This document shows positions 11,387 through 22,680 of a stretch of DNA of 64,000 nucleotides, one piece after another. The stretch is taken from contig JAYWIR010000039.1 in NCBI GenBank assembly GCA_036172245.1, forward strand, positions 1,178,001 to 1,242,000. The letters run 5' to 3'. The notes beneath the pieces are model-generated. The model searched no databases, was not told the DNA's origin, and saw only the letters and a list, made by a program, of their open reading frames with translations. Origin of the DNA: Raillietiella orientalis. Its lineage: Eukaryota. Both the position numbers and the translations under genes were made by a program. Positions within the stretch are counted from its first letter, which is position 1; every line of letters starts with the position of its first letter.

Positions 11387-13355
11387 CAGGCGCCGGCGAG
11401 CGCTCCGGCCGGTATGCGACGTGCCGGACGCGTGAGAACTGCCTCTGCGCACGCGCACTTGCACGGGGCAACCGACTTTTTTCCCTCCCCCCCTTCCTCT
11501 CTTCTCTCCCTTCTTTTTTTCCTTTTTTCCTCCTCCTCTTCTTTTTTTTTTTTTTTTTTTGTGAGGGGATGGAGGTGGGGGGAGAAGGGATCCCCTCCCC
11601 CGATTCCGTGACCCAGGTGAAGGGATGAATCGCGACGTTCCTTGACATGACCCCGATGCGCAAGAGACACCTGGCGATCAAACCCGGCGAGGAGAAATAG
11701 GGCGGGAATTAGCTATTCTTAGAGAGTGATACAATCGATCCTGGCGCCTCGCAGGCGCAGCACCAAAGGAGCGGAAAGGGGAAACAAATAATAATCATGA
11801 CCATAATAATAAACCAACATTATCTTGTCTTACAGACCTCTTCCTCTCAAACAATCCTCCTTGACAGCAGCACGATCCCCGAACGGAAGCGCAGGACGAA
11901 ACAGGAAGAAAGCCGAGAGCGTCCTTGGAGCGACGGGTGAGATCTGCAAAGGAATTCCTTTATCCTTCCTTTCTTTTCCTCCTCCCTTTTTTTTTTTTTT
12001 TTTTTTTTTTTTTGCTTTCCTCCTCTTTCCGTTTCGCTGTTTGGGAAGCGGCACGCCAGGTACTTACGTTTCACAGTCATGTCGGCGCAATCACATCGCG
12101 GACGGGCACGTGCCTGCAGAGAGCATCACCATCCAGGGCTCGCCGACACCCAGCGGAGCGCACTGAGCAAGCTCGGCCACCTTCCGGTCTGCCCCACGGC
12201 CCAAGCGGCGATGTGCCCAAGACGCAGCGAGATGACGCTGCACTCGCTGCGAGCACGGCGCCGATGCGGAACGCGCGCGGGCAGAATTGACTGCCGCTCT
12301 CTTGCGTTGCGTGCGCGGCGGGGGGATCCGACAGGTTCGCGCGCGCGCGAGCCTGCGCAGTGCGGGCGCCGAGGTTGCATTCCTGCGGACTTTTTCCCCT
12401 CCTCCCCTCGGCGGCGGCGGGAGTACCCGCTCGGGAGCGAGGCGTACCCGCCGGACGAACCGCTTCCGCGGATCCCCGTCGCCGGCGACCCTCTTCCTCC
12501 CCTCCTCCCCTGCAGACGCCTCAGTCTGCGGGCCTGCGGAACGGCGTCCGGCCCGGCCTGCGCATTTTGCCTGCCCTTCGCCAGAAGAGAGAGCGGGGCG
12601 CGAGCTTTCCCAGTGCGCGCGTCCCCGCTGGATCTCCCTCGCTTCCGCCGCCCGCCAGCAGCCAGCGGTGCCGTCGCCGCGGACGCAGGTGACCTCGCGC
12701 GCACCGAGCGCCGAACCGGAAGGAGGCGGCGCACGCGGCCTCTTCGGAGCGGAGGAGGAGCGATCCGACCTTCGGCTGCGACCGACAGTTTCCAAGGCGC
12801 CGACTCGAAGGGGCACCGCCGTCTTTTCCCCTTCTGCCACCTCCCTGCTCGGAACCGCGCGCAGCGCCGCAGCGGCCCTCTGGCGTGCACCGAGACGGGA
12901 CGAGCGTCCCGCCTCATGGGTGGGTCGCAAGAGCACGGAGCCGGTCTACGGGGATCTACGTACGCTCCGACGAGAGGCCACTGATGCGCTTCCCGTGTTG
13001 CCGTCGTCCCCTTGGCGCTCGAGGTCGCGCAAGGGTTGGCCCAGCGTCCATCGCTCTCTTCCTCGGGTGTTCCCCTCATCGTCAAGGGATGCGCAGCACG
13101 AAGCGACCTCTCCCGAAAGGCGCCACAGGACAGCACTGAGAATTCAACGCTAATAAAACCTACTCATTCACGCTGCCACTTAAAGGGCCAACCACCACAT
13201 CTCCTCCCTTACCACAAACCGGCTCTCTCGGCGCAGTCAAAGCTTGACGTCCGCCCACCTCTTGCTGTCAGCATGCAAGTCGGGGTCTCTGTGGACTTTC
13301 CGCCTGCGTTTTCCTCTGGCAGAATCCGCCCGGGGTGACTCCAACCAGAACGGGA

Positions 13356-13598
13356 CCCCGCGTTGGCGACCACGTGGCTGCGGTCTCCTCCGCGCGAGTG
13401 GTACAGAGCGTTGCGGGTTGAAATCCCGCCCGGGGAAAGATCGTCGACGTCGAGAACAGCTGCTGAGTAGTGTGTTTCGAGTCCCCCCCCCCCCTTTCCG
13501 CAGGATGACGCTGGTTGGCTTCGGTTGGTTTCGGGTGCGGCACTGGTGTAAAACCGGAAACCGGATGCCCCCGTTGTCTGGCCGGGATTGGGAGTGAG
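13356..13598 (+). mobile_element. SINE family A, 5' half (tRNA head plus core)
   Basis: CCCCG...TGGCGACCACGTGG...GCGGGTTGAAATCCCGCCCGGGG, then GCAGGATGACGCTGGTTGGC...CCGGATGCCCCC...GGGATTGGGAGT. Confidence 0.85.
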
Positions 13599-13659
13599 CC
13601 AACTTTCAATCCTGGCCAGTCTCTCCCTGTCCCTGGTTAGGGTCGCTTCGGGGAATGAT

Positions 13660-14270
13660 GATCACCTGGTTATTCCGGGGCATTTATTATATAAATAACA
13701 AAAATGCATTGGTGTGGTAGAGCTCTTGGTTCTACCACGTGCAACGGACCTGCCGAAGAGCGGTGCTTGCGCACCGGCGAGGTCCACTTTAGCAGCATGG
13801 GGGAAGGGAAAACAAAAACTCAAACAAACAAAACGGGAAAGGGGAAATTCTACACAAGGAGGGAGGGTAGGGAACCGAGGAAGGTATCAAGGAACGCTCC
13901 CAGGCGTCCTCTGCATCCTGTTCAGAAGGCTGGTAAGTTCTGTCCGTATATCGCCCAAGTGGAGCCATCTCCAGGCGGTCTACAGGAAGATCCGCGCCCA
14001 GTGGATGGCGTCTCTGCCACTTCGGCTTCTTCTCCTGGCGCTCCAGGCTACCGCCATCTCACGATCACAGTAGGAGGGAACTGCGAGGGATGCGGGTGGC
14101 AGCAGTGTGGCACCGCGCGCGAAGAGTTTCTGGGACTGCAGGCCGGGATACCAAGGATCGTCGTGAGACGACCCCAGAGGGAGCGGAGAGCAGCACAGTC
14201 CAAAAGAAGGTGCAGGAAGGTCTCCTCCGCGCACCTGCAGCACTGAGCTTCTGCTTCCCCCCCCCCCCCC
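13660..14270 (-). mobile_element. L1/Tx1-like LINE 3' fragment (C-terminal Zn-binding motif plus 3' UTR)
   Basis: CCRCAEETFLHLLLDCAALRSLWGRLTTILGIP matches copies at 58.8-60.7 kb. Ends in the family AATAAATGCCCCGG...CCAGGTGA hairpin. Confidence 0.8.
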
Positions 14271-14491
14271 CCATGTCCAGTGGTTGAGATGCGCTTCGCG
14301 ACACCAGCAGCGCCAACTCCCGCCACTTGAGGGGAGGAGGGGACCACTTCAGCTCCTTTGGAGGGACTCCGAGCAGCTCGCTTCAGCGTGAAAGTTCTTG
14401 AGGTGGGACATTAGGCGAGCAGTTCGTCCGTTTGCCACAGATGATGGACATCCTTTTGGGTTTTTCTGCTGACTACTGCTTTCCTTCCAGC

Positions 14492-15160
14492 TTTTTTTTT
14501 TTTTTTCTTTAGCAGGTTTCCTTTCTTTTGGTTTGCTACGTACTGAAGAACCGTTCACCGCCTTAGGGGGGGCTCATGGAGGTCTTTAACGCTATCAACG
14601 CGACCCGAGGGTGAGTGTAACTCTCCAAGCTGTAGGGGGTAACCCCAGGGGAGTCACCTTATGAATCCAGGAGCCCGTTCCTCTCTCACTCTTGGGAGGG
14701 AACTCCGAACCCGTCAGGGGAAAGAGGAAGAGTCCCGGCCGGAAGGAGAAGCGAATGACCTCCCAGTGAAACTCCAGCACCCCCCCCCCCCATCCTCTGG
14801 AAGGATCCACAGTTTAACCAAGCGAGGGTACCCTCGCCCTAGTTGTCTCCGAAGAGAAACCCTGAAGGGAGTTGCTCCTGGAATTTCTTCTTCAGAAATA
14901 AACCCTCAAGGGAACCGCTCCTGTTTACTCCTCTGAAGAGAACCCTGAAGGGACGCTTCCCAATTCCTCTGAAGGGCCGCTCCCCGAAGGAAGCAGAGCG
15001 CTTCTTGACACTCTGGAGAGTTATCGATCCACCAGCTCCATGCTACGCATTGGAGGGTCGCCCCCTGAAGGGAGAGACCGCTCCATTGTCATAACCGGAG
15101 AGGAACCCTGAAGGGCTCCTTGATTCCTGGAAGGACCTCGGATGGTCAACCTCCAAGACC
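14492..15160 (-). mobile_element. SINE family A, 3' half, interrupted by repeat B
   Basis: Poly-T tail, TACTGAAGAACCG terminus, TATGAATCCAGGA block, tandem CTGAAGAGAACCCTGAAGGG units, CTCCTTGATTCCTGGAAGGAC block. Confidence 0.85.
14708..14808 (+). repeat. Short dispersed repeat B, copy 2, inserted in a SINE
   Basis: Matches 10327-10440 and splits the SINE motif GGGAGGGAACTC...GAAGGGAACCCTCGCCC that is contiguous in the 56.8-kb copy. Confidence 0.8.
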
Positions 15161-15399
15161 TCACCGTGGCGACGCGGACCAAACCCTCTAGGAGGAGATC
15201 TGGCTCCCTCCTTTCTCTTCCCTCACCCAACGTGTCTTGCCTCCAGCCCTGCTCTTTCAGACCGGAACCTCTCAGCGAAACGGAGGAATGCAAGAGAAGC
15301 ATCTCCATGGAAAGCAGCGCTTGGGATTCTAGGGAGAATCCCTGAAAAGAACTGAGAAAATGCACTGCTGTGAGTAATCCTTCAAAACCACTCTGTCGT

Positions 15400-16290
15400 G
15401 CAGCAACTCTATGAAACGGGGCACGGGGAATCCTCACAAAGGAGGACCCAGACCTAAGAAAACGTATCCTAGCACGTGGAACTCCGCCACGCGTCCCCAC
15501 ATCTCCCGTTTCCCGATGAATCACGTGCGATTTGCAGATTACGCGTTCACCCATGAGGCTCTCCCAAACCTGCTACTCACGAGAGGAGCGGCCAGAAGGC
15601 AAGGAGAGGACAGAAGATGTCCCCAATGCATTGTTCCCGCGCACTGCGTGTGGTGCACCCCCACCTACTCATACAACGTCACGGCAGCATCCTCAACCAT
15701 ATCGTCGAGGTGGCAAACAGGAAGTGGAAGATCACTTCAGGATTACAGAAACTCGGGAGCTTCTCAGAAGGAAGGGAGCACTAACATTCCGACGGAAGAG
15801 GACTCGTCATGCAAGCGCAGCGCCGGTCACTTTGATCCACGATCCACGACCTTTCTTTCCTGCTGGCGGTTGGCCCGCTCTTTGCAGAAGGAAGCGTAAA
15901 GAAAGGAGGAAGAACACAAAGGCAGTGTCCTTCTTGCTTGTCGGGAGGAAGTTCGGAAACTCCTGCGGAATCCCAGCTGCGTCCAGATTTCATCTTAAGA
16001 AGAAAGGACCAAGGGATGATTTTGGACGTGGCGCGCTCCTTCGAGCTCTTGTCAGAGGCACCTCCATTGACCCGGAAGAACAAGGGAGGGGGAATGTCGA
16101 GAAACTTTTCTCCAGATGCTCTCTGGAAGGCAATCGAAGCATCTTTTCGTGTCATCCCCGTGGGATTGCGTGGGACCCAACCAACGACCATATCATCGGC
16201 CCGATCTTACCAAAGCTGCATGAGGGCATTTCTGGTGTCATCAAGCATTCGCTACAGTGGAAACATCTATTGGAAGCGCCGCCTTAGCCA
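15400..16290 (+). mobile_element. NeSL/Utopia-like RLE non-LTR retrotransposon, 3' remnant
   Basis: In order across frames: RFADYAFTHEALPNLL (~RFADWRFIHRARLNLL), GEDRRCPQC, LRPDFIL...ILDVARSFE (RLE PD..D), AWDPTND, SYQSCMRAFLVSSSIRYSGNIY (~RKLMVSDTIRWSRDIY). Confidence 0.8.
15760..15940 (+). repeat. Dispersed repeat C, copy 1 (interrupts the Utopia-like element)
   Basis: GACCTTTCTTT..GC.GGCGGTTGG.CCGCTCTTTGCAG...GAAAGGAGGAAGAAC.CAAAGGC recurs at 16425-16600. Confidence 0.8.
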
Positions 16291-16424
16291 TCCGCCATCC
16301 TCCCCAGGGGGTGCCAAATCAAAGTTCCATTCGGCCCGCAAGCTGACTACGATAAGACCCTTTTGCCGCAGGGCGTGCGTTGTGGTGTCTGCAGAAGGAA
16401 GCACCACGACCGCACGTCTTCCAG

Positions 16425-16600
16425 TTCTTCCTGAGGGAAGGGAGGGCAAACACTCCGACCGCGGAGAAGGCGCGTCGTCGAAGCAGAGTGCCGGTCGACC
16501 TTTCTTTGCCGCCGGCGGTTGGTCCGCTCTTTGCAGGGGAGAAGAGAGGAAAAACGGAGAGAAAGGAGGAAGAACGCAAAGGCGATGTTCTCCTTGCTCG
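16425..16600 (+). repeat. Dispersed repeat C, copy 2
   Basis: Direct similarity to 15760-15940. Confidence 0.8.
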
Positions 16601-16879
16601 CGGAACACGGTCATCTCAGAGAATGCGTGAGGCGCCTCTCCACGTGAGAGTGCATCGAGCGCACGCGGAGGGCCACAAGGTGGTCCGACCGGTCCCCCGT
16701 TTCCTCCCCGAACCGCTCGCCGAGGACCAAGGTGCGACCGGAAAGGCTTCCGGGATGGTAGGGGACGGAGCCCAGAAGGCAAGCAAAACTCGACTGCGCG
16801 GTCGCCGGTGTCGCACCCCGAGCGGATGAAATCCTTCGGGGTTCTGTTTTGCTTTTCTTTGCTGTGTCCCTTCCAGATG

Positions 16880-17480
16880 TTTTTTTTTCTTTCTTTTTTT
16901 GGTTCGCCAAGTGCTGAAGAACTGTCTTCCTCCTTAGGGGACTCACAAAGCTCTTTAGCACGGTCCACGCCACCCGAGTGCGCGTCTTAACCCTTCAAGT
17001 TATAGGGGATTACACCGGAGGAATGATCCCTATGAATCCAGGAAGGACTCCTGAGGAAGGAGTCTGTTCCTCGTACACTTGGGAGGGAATCCCGAAGGGA
17101 ACCTCTTTCTTGGTCTCTCCGGAGGGGACTGCTTCTCATTCCTTCTCTGGAGGACACCCGCAAGGGAACCGCTCCTTGTTTACTCCTCTGAAGGGAGCAG
17201 CATGCTTCTTACACTTTGGGGAGGAAATCCCCCGAGGAGAGTATCAACCAGCTCCACGACATGGTATGCGATGGAGGTTTGTCGTTTTCACAACCGGAAG
17301 GGAACCCCGAAGGGAACCTTCTCCTTGACTCCTGAAAGGTCCTGGAGAGTCTACTTCTAATTCCGGCCAGTCAACGGGGGCATCGGCTTCCATCATTGCC
17401 GCACCCGAAACCAGCATAGGCCAACCAGCGTCATCTTGCTGGAGGGGGGACTCGAATCCCACGACACATGGATTTCTCAA
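16880..17480 (-). mobile_element. SINE family A copy lacking the tRNA head
   Basis: T-tail then GGTTCGCCAAGTGCTGAAGAAC terminus, CCTATGAATCCAGGAAGG, CCCGAAGGG units, GCCAACCAGCGTCATCTTGC core. Confidence 0.85.
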
Positions 17481-17740
17481 TCACAAGGCCGTCAATTTTG
17501 TCTCCTTGGTTTCGTCCGTCTCCTCATCTCTTTGCTCTCCTGTCGAGCGCTGGCTACGTCCGCCTCATCCCTTCCAAAGCGCGATGGATCTTTAGGGCGG
17601 GATTGCAGCTGCAGCTGCTGCTGAGCCGCCAGCATCGTTCAGGAGACGCTGCTTGGAGTCGCACGACATCCACAGTCGATGAAAGTTGACTTGCCGTTTC
17701 CGTGCCGGAGCTGGAATCGCAGCGCCCTGTCATTCTGGAT

Positions 17741-19600
17741 GATCACCCGGGTGCGTCGAGGTGTTCATTCCGTATAAAAATAAACACTGACAATCTCTGT
17801 GGTTAAACCCGTGGTCCAACTACGTGCAATTTTGCGGAATTCTGCCGGGTTGCCGATGCGCAGGCCGGTGAGGTCCGCCATGGCAGCAGAGGTAAGTGGC
17901 GAACAAGAAGAAAAAAACAAGGAATAAAAATAAAAATAAACAAATTTGGGGGCAGGAAGGGATCCCGTCCTGCTGGGGATGGTCCTCTGCATCTTTTCGA
18001 GGATGCCGGAAAGCTCTTGCTGGATGTTGTAGTCCAAATGGGGACATCTCGTTGCCGTCCTCATGAAGCGGACGGCGAAGTGGATGTGGCACCCCCGTCG
18101 CTCCGTCGCCTCCTTGCGTGGCTCCTGGCCACCACGATCCCGCGTAGGCCGCAGAGAGCTGCTAGCGAGGCTGCCGCGTACGAGGAGTGGCTTCAAAGCG
18201 TCCCCGAAGTTGCTGCCGGTGGTCCCGGAGCGAAGCGTTCCCAGAGGGTTCGGAGGTCAACACAATCCGCAAGCGGGAGTGGGAGGGATTCGCGCGCTCC
18301 CCGCACCTGGCACAGCTCGGGTCTACACACACACACACACACACATAGATGCCTGTCCAATGATGCCTGTGGTCGTTGCACGGGAGGGCTCAGTGCAGCA
18401 GTAGCAGCATCAACTCTCACCACTTTAAGGGGAGGATGCGAGTGGCCAAGAGCACTAGGGGCCACTGCAGATCTTCCACTGGGAGTCCCAGTAGCTCATC
18501 ACAGCGCAAAAGTCCTCGAAGTGGGACACTCGGGATCGCAGCGTGTCTTAGCTGGCCCGGCTTCCACTCAACCAGTTCTCTCCTGCTTCCGGAGATATTC
18601 ACAGCAACCTCCCATCTAACCACAAGGCCTCTGTCCATGTGTTCCCTCAGGAAGGGCAGCTCTGCAGCAAGGGAGGTTCCTTGTCATTCTGGAGGGGGTT
18701 CATCAAGGTTCGCGGCTTTCCCAGGCTGCACGACGAGACCGGCAATTTGGCCTCTGGAAGATTGCTCGAGACTGCTGACCTCCCCGGACCCGGCAGCGCT
18801 AGGTTCGTCCCAAAGGACGCCTCGCAGTGCAGAAGCGGTCGCCCGTCGACGGCGACTCGAGGGACCTCCTGCTTGGTACGGGCGGCAAAACCCGGAACGG
18901 GCGCTAGGGAGGGCAGCACTGGGAGGGAGAGACGCGTCCGGGATAGCTCGGACGAACCGGACGCATGGGGCGCAATCGCACCTGGTGTCACCTCAGACTC
19001 TCCGCGCAAGGAAGACAAACCGCCGCCGGTGCACGCCGCGCCATTCCGCGACACGCAAGACAGCGCGGACACCTATTGTCGCAAGACGCCCTGGTCAAGG
19101 GAAGGCCGTGACCTGCTCTGGACAGCAGCATCAGGACTCCGGATCATCCTATGTTCAACATCGAGGAGCTTCGACTCGGTGCAGGAAATGGAAATCGCAA
19201 TAATAATGACCCTCAACAGATGTTCCAGCAGCTTCAATCGCCTTCACGGGCAGAAGGACTGATGTCCTGGATCAAATAGGCAAGCCTTCGGATAGCCTCA
19301 AGTCAGGCCGTTCCCGAAGCGGCAGGTGGTTCCACTGTGCGTCGCCTGACCTCAAGAATATTCCATCAATGGGGCAGGCCGACCCTCATCTTCGCCTGAG
19401 AAAGGCAACGGACATTGCGAGCACCAGCCCTAGTATCCCGGCAACGGTGAAGCGTTGAGGGTTGCAAGCATCCCCGAGAGGCATGCGAAGGATGTCCAAA
19501 ACGAGTTGGCGTCTCGGATAACACCGTGCTCTCGGGATGAGGTCTGGAGGCGTCGAGAAGACCATATTCCTCGACCGAGGACCCTAGGGGGAATCCGTGA
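17741..19600 (-). mobile_element. L1/Tx1-like LINE 3' remnant, degenerate; 5' limit uncertain
   Basis: ELCQVRGARESLPLPLADC (Zn motif) and HFAVRFMRTATRCPH...ELSGILEKM (~HAGRYLRIATGRPH...DLEGILERM of the 58.8-kb copy). Terminal hairpin at 17743-17763. Confidence 0.7.
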
Positions 19601-20999
19601 GAAGGGCTGAGGAGACGAGGCGGAAGAAAATGACGCCGAAACGCGATTCCGAGTGCCAGGATTCGGGTGCCTGGAAGGAGCGCTCCGTGCACGTTGCTCC
19701 GGTGGCTATGCGCACCTGGGAAGGACCCCGGACCACGCCACACCCGCAAGAAGAGACCTGCCCGCCCTCCGAGAGGTGTGCTGCAACCAGCGGGTTAGAC
19801 CCTTGAGGGCGACCGGGCGTCTTTCGTAGCACCACATCGGCAACCCGCCGGAGGATCGGCGAGGAACGGTGCACTCTTCCCGCATCTCCATCCGGTTCCA
19901 GAGGTCATTAGTTTGGGAAAGGCGCAGAGACGACGCTGTTGGGAGAGGACAGGGAGAGATGCTCGCCGCTTTCGCTCTGCTGGGAGGGCACCGATCGCAG
20001 CTGCCTTTAACATCTTGCAGAAGCCCCGCTCGCGCATCCGGGAGCTCCGCCTCCCGGATGCGCGAGCTGCAAAGTGGCGGTGCGTGGGAGGGAAGGTGGA
20101 AGGAGGGAAGAGGGGAGAAACGAGTGGAAGTGGCACACCGTGAGGAGGAGGAGACCGGGATGAGCATCGGGAAGGTTCGACCTACGCACGCTTCACGGGA
20201 ACAGCAGGATGCATTGAGATCCGAGCAACGAGCGCTCGTTTTTTTTTTCTTCCTCCGGTGTGGGGAGAGGGGCGTGCTGCAGGGATACTCTGCTAGCGAG
20301 CTCCCACCATCGTTGCCGCTTGAACCTGTTGGAGACTTCCCTCTTCCAGAACTGCTCGAGATCTCCGGTTGGCATGGCAACTCGGAGAGAGAGAGAGAGG
20401 AGGAGGGAGGAAGGGAGGGAAGAAGAAGAAGAAAAAAATTCGGTTCGTTCAGGAATTAAGAGGAGTCGAGAGGCGCCATCCCGAGAACGGTCGCGGATGG
20501 ATCATTCGACCCTCGCCCGCAAGGGGCGCCTAAGGTTCGAGAGAGGATCTCGCTCCACGGCTGCGATCGGCGCCATCTACGTCATCAGCGAAGCCGAACC
20601 GCCGACAGATGAGAAGCGAGCGCGACAGTTGCAGAAGAGAGCCGGCAGGCGATTCTCGCCAAGCTCCGTCCGTGAGAGCGGGGACCTCGGTTAGCGACCT
20701 GAACTCCCTCAGAAGGACGCCTACTTTCACTTCCAGATTTCCGGCGCCTCACTGGCTACGAAGAACCGTGATGCCTGCTCCTGGTTAAAGGAAAGGAAAC
20801 CCACTGGCAGGATTCTTCCCCGGGTAGTTTTCGATCGTCTCTTCTCGAGGGTAAGCAGTCCTGCCCCGGTTCACGGAAGGGGAGCAACGGAAACAGGAGG
20901 TCTCGGACCCACTCGTTCCGGGAATCGATGCACTCGCTAAACCTGGCGTTCCGGAGAGGCGAAACAGTGTCGTCTCTCTGGATACTTCGCTTTCCGCGG

Positions 21000-22680
21000 A
21001 TGCAGCAGCTTCGGAGGAGCCGGGGCCACTCCAAGGAGGACCAGGGTGTCAGTTCCCCATCTCGCCGCAGTGGAGCGCATCGTGAGGCTGTCGTGGGATC
21101 CTTGTATTGACGAGGTGAGGCGGCGTAGCGAGACCTGTGAAGCACTTTGGGCGAGGGATGGGGGAGAGATGCACAAACACCAAACGCTCCGGGGACAGTG
21201 GACGGAGTTGGTGGACGACGGGGTGCCAAGCCACCTGCAAGCAGCCTCACCGGCAGCGAGCCGAAATCAACGCCGGCAAACTCACCTTCGACGATGGCCA
21301 CCCGCGGAGGGAACCCGCTGCCGGGTTCCGGCCACCCCAGCGCAGGAAAGCATGGCGTCTCTTCTTAGGGAACCGCCTGGACGAGGGGATGCTCGTGTCC
21401 AGCATCGGCCGGCATCCCGCTACTTCCTATTCGAAAGAGATCGCAATCTTACGGTGCTGACCTCCACAACGGGAGTCCCGAGACCTGGGAAGAATCCCTT
21501 CGGGGGTGCACCCCTCGTGCAACTCCCACGCAGTGACGAAGAGCCCCGCAGCAAGATCAGGAGGGTGGCAACAGGAATCGTCCGGACCGTACTGGACGCC
21601 AGCTCCTGGAAAGCTCCAGGGGGAAAAGGTCAACAGGTCACCCTACTGTGCCCAACATGTTCGCTCGTAGATTCCCTGGAGTGCAGCTACTCCTCATCGG
21701 TGATACGCTTCCGCGCTTCTTCTCCAGAGGTGTGGCGCGACTCAGTGCGTGCGCTCTCCGCGGTTGCACTCGTCGGCTCGTGGAATGGGTCGCATCAACG
21801 TCAAGGTCGCGAAACCACGGAGGTCAGCGACTCACAGTCCTCTTCAATGCTCTGGTTGTCCTCAGAAACCTGGCAGGGAAGGATCTGGTACCTCTCCGGC
21901 GGCACCTGGCAGATCGTGTCTTGGTTTTTCGAGCTCTTCGTTTCAGGAGGGTGGGGACCGCGAGGACATCGGCGATCTCTGGGAAGAGTAGCCAGTCCCC
22001 TGGAGCTTCCTGCACCCGTTCTGGGCGCACCACCTTCACGAAGGGCACTGGAAGGTGTCCTTCGCGCCCTGCCTGCGGCCGTTTTCGTGGGCGCAGTGAT
22101 CTTCGCTGAGCAACATGTCGTCTCGCGGTTGGACCTGAGGAGGGGCGTCCGGAAAAAGGTATCGGAGACAGGCGGAGCCCCTTGAGAAGCAGTTGGTCCC
22201 CTGGCATTGGGCCGTCGGCGGCTCCGTAAGGAAAGCAACCCGGGGTAGGCGGCTTCTCTTCCCTAGGAGGCACGGGGGTCGCGTCCACTTTCTCCTCGTG
22301 CCCAACTCCACGGCCACGGCGTGTACCAGTCGGCACCGCAACAGCAGACGGGTTCCTTCGAGAACGCCTCCGATCCCCAGGACGCCGAGCCGGTCATCCT
22401 GGTGGTGGTCCACGTCACCTTCAAGAACTACCACTATCCATTTGGAACGAGGTTGCCGAATCCAGGTTATGGTCCCGTTCCTACGCCGTTGGAGGGAGAG
22501 AGAGAGCTCCGCAGCTGCACTGCCGAGGTCCCAGTGCCGTGGAGGAGGCACCGCCCCCACTCCAGGGATCTGGAAATTCGTTCTGGACCTTTAATGAAAC
22601 TTCCGGACAACCAGAGGGAGGATACGATTTCAAGCAGCATCTCACGGCGCCTCCCGATCTCCCGGGGAGCATCCGCTAGA
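21000..22680 (+). mobile_element. Highly degenerate NeSL/Utopia-like element (RT to RLE)
   Basis: Weak but ordered motifs: GCQFPISP, LVDD, EINAGK, FLGNRL, SSWKAPGGK (~SLLAPWQK), GGWG, SRHRN, VVHVTFKN (~IDVTVPFEN), LMKL...EDTISSS. Confidence 0.4.

Noticed and set aside
9790..11628. 612-aa ORF
   Set aside because: Crosses homopolymer runs, a dispersed repeat and low-complexity tracts; no domain recognised.
12079..13153. Stack of long overlapping ORFs on both strands
   Set aside because: Arg/Ala/Pro/Gly-rich frames expected from very high GC; no motif.
14850..14990. Hammerhead ribozyme or CRISPR-like array in the SINE sub-repeats
   Set aside because: CTGAAGA is present but there is no stem II-GAAA core; the units are degenerate tandem repeats without unique spacers or cas genes.
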